From Klebsormidium nitens (lineage: Eukaryota > Plantae > Klebsormidiophyceae), in NCBI GenBank assembly GCA_000708835.1, contig DF237190.1, positions 1-64,000 on the forward strand: DNA of 64,000 nt, read 5' to 3'. The notes under the pieces are model-generated. The model was not told the DNA's origin and ran no database searches. It saw nothing but the letters and a program-made list of their open reading frames with translations. Both the position numbers and the translations under genes were made by a program. The first letter of the stretch is position 1; each line of letters opens with the position of its first letter. Positions 51,526-60,300 of this stretch are shown piece after piece.

Positions 51526-54130
51526 ATGTCTCTGATACTTCCCAGAGAGGAAGAATATGCAACAGAAGCCGAAGAGCCAGCTTCGAAAACGCCGGATGAC
51601 GGGAAGGATGACGTGGCACTGGGGGATCCCCTTCCGCCTAGCCGAAGCGGCGCCGCCGGGCTTAACCCTTCGACGGAAGAACTAGGGCGGAGTGGGAAGG
51701 AGTTAATCCATTCCCCGCCAGATCTCCCGGTCATGAGTCCTGTTCCGGAAAGCCAGCGGTCGAAAGGAGAAGAGCAAGTCGGAAACGATCAGGAAGAAAG
51801 CGTGCTCGCGGACGGAGAATCAGAGTTCCAGGACCAGGTCGGAGAGAACGCCGGAGACGAGCTGGAAGATTCAGTTGATGAAGCAACAGACCCCTTCAGA
51901 ATGGAAGCCCCTCCTAAATCTGAGCAGGAGATTGCAGAGGAGCTCAGTAAGATCCTTCCAAGGAGGTCCGAAGCTCCATCGCCAGAAATCCAAGTGCGTA
52001 CGGTCAAGGAGCTGCTTGAACAGATTAAGACTGAACCATCAGAATTGTCGCCCGATCTAGTTGAGCGAGCGTTAGCAATCCTGGATAACCTGCAGGAGAA
52101 AATCCCGAATCATGAAAGATTCGTCGCTAGTAGCTTCCAATCCTATTACCCAGCTTGGGAAGAGTTACTGAGAGGATCAACCAGAAAATCCTCTAAGTCA
52201 GTACTAAGCTGGCTAAAGCATGGCTTTAGACCGCGCTTTGACAGCGTAGATAAAGCCAGGCCGGATAAACTAAGAATAGTGGAGGCTATGCTAGCCAAAG
52301 TAGTGGGACCCCTCAGAATTCGACAGTTCCTTCAGGGCAAAAGACCTCACCGGATCGAGTTTCCCAACCATAAGTCATTCTATGACCGCTTCGAGTTCGC
52401 GGTCAGTGAAACTAGGAAGAATCTTGAATCCGGAGCGGTAGGTGTCTGGCCAGAAGGACAAGAGCCCCCTGAAATTATTCATCCAATGGGGGTCGTCGAA
52501 TCTGCCGGAAAGCTATGATAGGTACCTGAACATCTTCCTACTCCAGATTCCTTTCCAATACGAAAGACTCAGGGACGTGCTCCTTTTCACGTTCCCCGGA
52601 TCTTTCATGGCAACAGCTGATCTTAAATCCGGGTATTTCCACGTACCCATCCATCCCGCGTACTGGAAGTATTTCGGTTTTAAGATAGGGAAGAAAACCT
52701 TCTTCTACAAAGTCCTCTGCTTTGGCTTTGCTCAGGCCTGCTGGGTATTCACGGCTGTGATGAAAGAGCCGATTCTCGAATTAAGGCGTCTCGGTGTGCC
52801 ACTCTCTGGCTACATCGACGACCTCTTCTCGGCGGCAGAGACTTTTGGCAAGGCGCTCCGTCAGATCTTGTTCACTGTGCTCCTGTTCGCGGCTCTGGGC
52901 GCTTTCTTTGGTCTCCCGAAGTGCCAGCTGAGACCGCTTCAGGAGCTGAAGTGGCTGGGTTTCCTCGTGAACTCGATCTCGGAAAGTTTCTCGCTCTCAG
53001 AAACCCGAATGGAGAAGATCAAAAAGGCGCTTCTGGAAATAGTGAGCCTTCAGCTGACGTCAGCGAGAGCAATAGCCAAGTTGGCCGGAACGTTAGCTTC
53101 CGCAGCGCCCGCGGTTCTCCCCGTCGCAATTTACAGCAGATCCCTCTTCGAAGCCCTGAGCAAGAAAAGCAGTTGGGATGCACTTTTCCCGACGCCGGAG
53201 ACGGTAATTCGGACGGCAGACTTCTGGCTGCATAACCTCGAGAAGTTTAACGGCAGAAGGTGGTGGGCGAGGCCAACCTCGGTTGAGATTACGATGGACG
53301 CGTCGGGAGTCGGGTTTGGCGGTTTTGTGCGAACGGAGACGGGGAGAATCCTCCAGGTAGCGGGAACATTCTCCCAAGAGCAAGCGCTGCAGTCTAGCTC
53401 GGAAAGGGAGGTAGAAGGCTATGTAGCAGCACTGCAAGTAGCAACGGAGCAAGCACCGGACGAGATAAGAAACCGCTCAGTGCTGGTGATCGGAGATAGT
53501 CAGGCCGGGGTTAACGCCCTAACCAAATTCCGTAGCTCAGTCCCGTTCATCAATTCGGCGCTCCGCAAGGTGGTTGAGATGTCCGGGCAATACGACTTCG
53601 ATGTCGTAGCGCGTTGGGTGCCGCGGAAGGATATCACAAAAGCAGATGCTTTGTCCAGAGAGCCTGATCCGTCAGATTGGGGACTATCCCCAGATCTGTT
53701 CCGGCAAGTGACCCAATTCTTCTCAGCCCAACCGGCGATCGACCTCTTTGCTTCCAGAAGCCTCCACGTGGCGCCCGCCTACGTCAGCAAGTACTTTGCT
53801 CCAGGGTGCTCAGGGGTACTTGCTCAGGCCTTGGACTGGTCTAAACTAGTTCCACCAGGAGAAAGTGCATGGGTTTTTCCTCCGGTGGGATTAGCAGGGC
53901 TGGCCTTGAACCTGCTACGTAGATACCAGACGGAAGCACTGGTCTGTATCTGTGCACCAGAAGGATCTTTGCTGGATACCCAAATCAGGTGCATCGCTCC
54001 TAAAGCATTGGAAAAGGTATTCCTAGTCCCTAGGAGGGTCGACAGCTGCGTGCCTAGCCTCAGAGTTCCGGAAGGCACTAGGAATCCGGCTTTCCTAGGA
54101 TTAAAAGTGTTCCATATAATCTGGCAATGA
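51526..54130 (+). pseudogene. DIRS-type pol: RT - RNase H - N6-adenine methyltransferase-like domain, broken by a small deletion/frameshift near 52516
   Basis: ORF 51526-52518 ends GVVESAGKL* and the next frame resumes DRYLNIFL. Motifs ADLKSGYFHV, VLCFG, GYIDD (52811), KWLGF, TMDASG (53297), EREV, GDS, WVPR..KADALSR, IDLFAS (53741), WVFPP (53876). Confidence 0.88.
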
Positions 54131-54323
54131 TAATATGACATGACATTAAACAGGCCTTGATGCATTGCCATCATAATTGTCTTAGCTCCATATCTCATTC
54201 CATACCATGTAAAGAAAGATGAATTTAGTGTTCTGTAGAATGACTCATTTCTTAACCAATTCTCAAAGATCGGATGCATAAGTTCCCAGTACTAAATCTA
54301 ATGTTCCTTATGCTATTGTTCTG

Positions 54324-55382
54324 CTATCGAAGGAGCCGTCGAGGGAATCTGCTTGCTATCTCCTCAACGTAAATCCGAAACGCTGCGTACGAAGACCAAC
54401 GTCCACGGGCCATTAGCCGGGGAACGTCATAACCCTCTATTTCCGCCGCGTGCTGAACCGCTGACCTGCGGAAACTATGCAACGTTTCCCCTTCAAATAA
54501 ACCGGCCTCCTTTAGTCGCTGCTGCACTCGGCGCCGCATCGTTCCGTTTTTCATGGCTTCATTCTTGAATCCGTTTTTCCGCGCATTCAGTGGGCGGAAC
54601 AGGAATCCGCTGCCGACCGCCTGACCCTCGTTTTCACATGCGGAAATGAGTCGTGCAGCCGCCTCCAAAAATCCGCCGCTCACCGGGATCTCTGCGCTCG
54701 GCTCTGTCCGAACGGTCTTCGACCAGCCAGGTACTACGATCTCCGTCTTGAAACCTACCTGGCGTGCTTCTAGCTCGCCACACTCCCTTCCTCGACTCCA
54801 CGACTCCCATAAGTAGTTCACGATCGCTAAATCGGTTAGCGCACAGCACTTTCCCAAACCGCTTTTCTTCTCGACCTCATCCTGCAACCATCGAAGTAAA
54901 TCATTCACCTTCGATTCTGCAAACACCTTTGCTCTCTTCTCTCGAACCCCTAAATCATGCAGCCAGTTCCGGTAACCTTCCCGATAACTCCGCACGCTCT
55001 CTGAGTGCACGGGATTCTCTCCCGCTGATCGCCCGAGCATACTAAAACTCTTTCCCAGATGCGATAAAACGGCCTTGATCGCGGACGCGGACGCCACCTT
55101 CTCGCCCTCTGATCCGAACGTCCGGCAAGCGCCTAGGTGCCGTGGAAGCCAGAATCCCTGAACGAATGCTAGGACGTCGACGTCTGCAGCTTGATCAGCA
55201 GCTATTCCAACGTGCTCACAGAACTCCCTGAATTCACTCCACGTCCGTTTCCGTCCGTCTTCAAAACCTTCACTAACTCCTCGATTCGCGATCCCTGCTG
55301 CTGTCTGCAAGCTTTCTGCATAGAATCGTCTTATCTCGTCATCCCCCCACCGGTTGACAGGCTCTTTCACAACTCCTTCCAC
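54324..55382 (-). CDS. Tyrosine recombinase of the retroelement (antisense to pol)
   Basis: 352-aa ORF with the catalytic set R (SRGRE), K (WSKT), HSFR, W (GRWSS), Y (FRIY). It has no in-frame ATG near its start, so the true start may come from a spliced upstream exon. Confidence 0.92.
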   Translation of the reverse strand: MEGVVKEPVNRWGDDEIRRFYAESLQTAAGIANRGVSEGFEDGRKRTWSEFREFCEHVGIAADQAADVDVLAFVQGFWLPRHLGACRTFGSEGEKVASASAIKAVLSHLGKSFSMLGRSAGENPVHSESVRSYREGYRNWLHDLGVREKRAKVFAESKVNDLLRWLQDEVEKKSGLGKCCALTDLAIVNYLWESWSRGRECGELEARQVGFKTEIVVPGWSKTVRTEPSAEIPVSGGFLEAAARLISACENEGQAVGSGFLFRPLNARKNGFKNEAMKNGTMRRRVQQRLKEAGLFEGETLHSFRRSAVQHAAEIEGYDVPRLMARGRWSSYAAFRIYVEEIASRFPRRLLR

Positions 55383-55469
55383 GCCCCTCGCCCGCTTCCA
55401 TAAGCCCTGCGCTTCCCTGCACGGCCAAAGTAAACCGCTCTTTGCCCGCCATACTTTTGGGCAATTGTT

Positions 55470-55768
55470 TTTGGCGGCTTCGCTCCCGAAATTATAATCG
55501 ACCTCGGTGTGTGGTAAACAAAAGAGGCATGACTTCGACGCAACTGCTAGTCGATACCTTTCCTGTGTCTTCAGTTAGGGGAAGACAATCTAGACCGTTG
55601 ATATTTCGAGCCTACAGATCTACGCTTCTCCTCGATGGTCTCAAGCTTGAACTTTAGGCACCCGAGGAAGAGGGCAATCATGATATTGAACTCTACTCGG
55701 AGAGTCATTCGTAGTTTCCTTCGGAGGAGCTTTTCGAGGCGCTAGGGCGCCAGAAAAAATTTCCGTTC
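55470..55768 (+). repeat. Internal B1-A2 repeat junction (B1 55470-55574, A2 55573-55768)
   Basis: ...tgtgtcttc-AG-ttaggggaag...; B and A overlap at the AG dinucleotide. Confidence 0.95.
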
Positions 55769-56079
55769 CCACCCTCCCACCCTAGATTCAGTTCAGTACC
55801 CGCTCATTCAACTAAGGTAACTGATAACTTATACAGCAACTCACGTTCGTAGACTCCCTTCGTCAAGCGAGCTACTCCTAGCTCCTCCGGTTCCCTCAAC
55901 AGCTCCCCAAGGACGCCAGACGCTGTTCTGCCGCACACCGCAGGCTGCACTGCTCTCGCTCGCCCGCGCGCGCGAGAACACGTCGTCGCCGAACGGTCGT
56001 TCACCGCCGACTCGGACCTGCCATATTCACCCGGCGAGCCTTTTTAACTCAGGCTCACGTGTCTGCGGTTTTACGATCA

Positions 56080-56184
56080 TTTGGCGGCTTCGCTCCCGAA
56101 ATTATAATCGACCTCGGTGTGTGGTAAACAGAAGAGGCATGACTTCGACGCAACTGCTAGTCGATACCTTTCCTGTGTCTTCAG
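56080..56184 (+). repeat. Split direct repeat B2 (105 bp, 1 mismatch vs B1)
   Basis: tttggcggcttcgctccc...tcctgtgtcttcag; A55521 vs G56131. Confidence 0.95.
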
Positions 56185-57321
56185 CTATAGAACGTTGGAC
56201 CATCATTCGTGAAGTTTTCGGACGCGTACTCAGGATTGCATTAGGGTTGTTCTGATTAGGGGCATCAGCAACATGCGATGGGAGAGATGACGTGCGTGTC
56301 CTACGCCCACGTATTCTAGATCGATTACAAGTTAATTGCTGACTTGTCTGTTGTACACTACTGTGTACCCTACGGTGTACACATACCGTAAAGTTAAGGT
56401 GTCAACTAAAGGGGCCGGTTCGACAGTTGCCTTTTTACAAGCTAGCCTGTCACCTGCTCTACTGGGATTAAAGTCTTACATTAAGCCTGGCAAAACCAAG
56501 AAGAATAAGCAACGACAGCGTTTGTCTGTTCAGCTTCAGCAATTGAATACCTGCAAGGTTCACCTTGGTACACGCAATCACTAAGCCGCGTTAGATCCAA
56601 CATTTTAACCAAGGAGTCGTCTACGACCGTCGCGAGACCGCATGCTCTCTTGCAGGCTGACCAACCTTAGGTTAACGATCACAATGCACGTATGCAACCC
56701 ACCAAACCCTGTCTTTCAATACCTAAGACCCATTTAATACAAGGCTACAGTATGCATCCTTACAACCAGGCCAGACTCGTGATCTTCAATGGCTCGTGAG
56801 TTTGAGAGCTGTCCTTGGCAGTGGGAAACTGCTTCGACGATAGACTGTCGTCTGCTCCGACCTTCTTTTCCAAGCTTATCGAACACTAATGGCACAACCC
56901 GACTGCCTTCGAGTGCGCGATAGTCCCTGCCCCTGTCACTGCATCGGTCCACGTGCCGCGTCACCATTGGCCCTGATAGCTGGAAGCGATTGGCTAATAT
57001 CACCCCAATGCCTATAAGTTACAGCCAAGTAGTTGATGAAGCGGAGCCGGGTGACCGTTTTCCGGCAATAATGGTGGAAGTTGGAATGCAATCGGAGTAT
57101 GCCTAATTAATAAGGGTAATACGATACTTAGTGAGCCTGATCCCCCCATCCAGAGAGGCTTATATCAGCTGACGTAACCGGGACGCTATAATTGTACAGG
57201 TTTCTATTCTATTATTCGAGACCCTTATGCAACTCAAACACGTTTGGGGCTCATGAAGGTGTCCCTGGTTTGCCCCGTCAACTCCTGCTCAGTCCTCGGT
57301 TAGCAGCCGGGTTAGTCTGGG

Positions 57322-60300
57322 TTAGCCCGGGTGTCCGGATCCGTAAACCCCAACGGTCCAATCGGAGGAAGAACCGGTTGGTGCAATCGCTGGCCACTCG
57401 GAGTATCCGGCGAGCGTTCCTTTCAGCAGGCCCAGTTCCTGGATGCAAAAGCGTTGTGTGAGACTGCCTTCCGTCGTCAAAGCTTCGCAGCCGGTCAACC
57501 GCCTTAAAAGAAGCGGCTGATCGAAAAGAGATTCACGAGTGTCTTGGAAAGGTCAAGCGCGGGAGGCCAATATAAGTGCTGCTAGAAAATATCACAATAC
57601 AAGCTCTCAAACTCGCTGCATGATGAAAGCGTACGAGCCCACTTGTGAGCTCTGATTGCGATGCCAATACGCTTTTCTGAGGCCGCTTTTTTTTTTGGCG
57701 CCATTCCTGCAAGCGTCGGCTGCAGGCTCGAAGGCACTCTAGCGAGCATACATGTCTTTGGATGGTGTGAACGTGCAGCTTGAGGTTAACGGACCCTACC
57801 TCCAGCGCAAGTTCCGCGTGGCGGGACGTCAGCAAGGCGTCCAGTTCTTCGCCCCACGTCGCCCTCCAACCGGTCTCGCAGGAGGAGAACTGGGCGCTGG
57901 TCCAGGGGGCTGACCCGCCCGGTAATTGCCCCCTTGCTTGCGGATGTGGGCGGTATTGTCCAACCGGGGCACTGTGCGGGCCGACGTCGAATGGGGATCG
58001 CGACCGGTAGGGTCCAACCGAGGCAATTGGTGGGGCCAAGTCGAATGGGGATCGTGACCGGTAGGACCCAACCGAGCCATTTGGCGGGCCGAAATCGAAG
58101 GGGGATCGCGACTGGAGGGGCAACACTGGGGAGAGGTTTGGGAAGGGGCCGATTGGGCTCAGATAAATGTTGTCCGCCCAACTCGCGTCGTAACGGTCCG
58201 GCTCCGCGTCTGGGATGACGAGGCGGGGTGGCGCGGGGATGCGGAGCTTTGTGCCCGGTGAAGACGCACCGGTCGCGGGCTCTGCAATGGCAAAGGGGAG
58301 ACTTGATGGGCGGGGATTTGGACCGGGCGGTGGTTTGTTGGACAGTCAAATGAAGGCATGATGTCACTCCGACGCAAGTAGTTCTGCAGAAGTCGATCCA
58401 AGAAAGCACTTAATCCTTCGGACAAGGCGTTGCCGGTTGGACTCTGTTGCGCAGACGATAATCAAGAAAGCACACGTGCTTCAAACAAAATTCTGCTTCT
58501 ATCTCTTCTCGTGATGCGCCGGAGAGCCCGTTTTGCTTTAAGCTTTGCGGATCTCGAAATCTGTTCTCAACGTTACCTTGAGAGCGAGGTCGGAATCTAC
58601 GAGAGTTGCAGACGATTTGGCTCGCACAACGACAGCTGAAAAGCCCCGCAGGATTCATGGGAACGTGGTGTGCCGGGATTTCAGAATTAGAAGCGGGTTC
58701 ACCGGGCAGCCTACACAGCAGCCCCAATTTGCCAGGAAAGCGGCCTTCAAAAGACGTCCGGATGATGGTAGAATAAAACGGCGCAAAAATGACACCAAGC
58801 TGGAAAGAAAAGCACCCAGAAACATGGATGGCGCGACGAACCGGCAAGAAACGGTGTCGCGAGCCGCGCCGCTTCGAACGGCCACGTGTCCTCCTTCGCG
58901 GCCGCCGAGCAGACGCTCTCCGCGGGACGGGCCCCGTTTTCGCCGCCGTCTCCGACAAAGCTACGCGCTGCCAAGCTTGACACAGACGGTCCCTCGATTA
59001 CGAGGCCTACAGACGCGTCGGTCACGGTGCTCGCGGCCCTCTCCAGGGTTGCCACGTGGCAGCCGTACAGGACCGGCGTGCACGAATGGACGGTCGAGAG
59101 GCTGCCGCTGCTCTGCGTCTTGGGGATCGGTGCCAGCTGGAGGGGTCCGGTGAAGGTCACTGGGGGATAAGCCTGGGGCGAGCACGACTCGCTGGCGGGG
59201 TAGTCGGGCCACTGGGAAAGTGGCTGGTTCCTGCGAATTGAAAACGAGGCGTTATCGAACCGGCCTGACAGGTGTGATCAAGTGGGTGTCCAGAACGTGA
59301 CTTGCAACTGACAGATTGTCACGAAAGGACAGAAGAGCGGCCGCGAAAAGATTCCGTTTTCGCGTGCACTATTTGCCGCGAAGCCTGCTTCCTGATGCAT
59401 GTTACAATCGACATGCTCAACCGTTTCCTTTTGGAGGCGAAAGGGGTGTCAGCTTTTCCGAAAAGGTTCTCGTCTTCGGAGTGATACCTCCCAAGAGTCC
59501 GCTGGAGCAAAGCAAGCGACGAAAGGCACAAAAGCAGACACGACCACATTCCGCATGTTCGTTTGCACGTGGTACCGCAAAAGACTTCGATATCAGAATA
59601 GACGTTAGAACGCGTATAAACAACGTGTCAAAAAGGCCTCACGAACCGGCGCCAAACGAAATCTGCCAGAAAGCGCCGTTGTCTGCAACTCAACAAGGAA
59701 GCTCGCTAAATGAACCAGTTCGAAAGCACCACGGCAAACAACAAGTGAACCCTTTCAATCGTGGGCTGGCAATATCTCAACCCTGCGCAGGTTACTTCGC
59801 AGAAACACGCCGTTCGTCTGTCGCCAGGATCGCTTACCATGGACCGGGGTAGCTCTCGTCCGGCAGCACGAGACTGGGGTGAGTGACCGGGACGTCCATC
59901 CCTAAATGTGCCCCGTAGGCAGCAGCCGGGGGGTCGAACGGACGACCGGGGAGCTGCTCGGAGCAGAAAAGCTCCTGCACGGAACATCGGCGATGTGGTC
60001 AGTGTTGGATACCGCCACGCTAATCTTGACCACAGGGGAGATTTTAAGTTTTCCGCTCCTCCCACGTTTCCGCTCTGCATTCTGATCGGAAGGACTGACA
60101 CTCAGCTACCTGACCAGGCGGACCGACCGACCGCCAGACCGCACTCCCGGCCGCCATGGGCTGCCGGACCAGGCGGACCGACCGACTGCCGGACCGCGAT
60201 TGGCTCGGTCCGCCGGTCGGTCGGTCCGGGAAGTTTTTCCAGATTCAACGTACCAGTATCGGTACGTACCGCGCCACTGCGGGTCCCATCGGGTGGCCCA

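Larger units (their letters stand above)
48293..56184 (+). mobile_element. Full-length tyrosine-recombinase (DIRS-order, PAT/kangaroo-like) retrotransposon with split direct repeats, 7892 bp
   Basis: Repeat A at 48293-48488 and 55573-55768; repeat B at 55470-55574 and 56080-56184 (order A-ORFs-B-A-unique-B). RT, RNase H and methylase motifs on the + strand; tyrosine recombinase on the - strand. Confidence 0.95.

Noticed and set aside
58410-59153. Long overlapping ORFs (58410-58958 -, 58545-59153 +)
   Set aside because: Alternative frames or antisense of the MYB exon plus intron, in GC-rich sequence.
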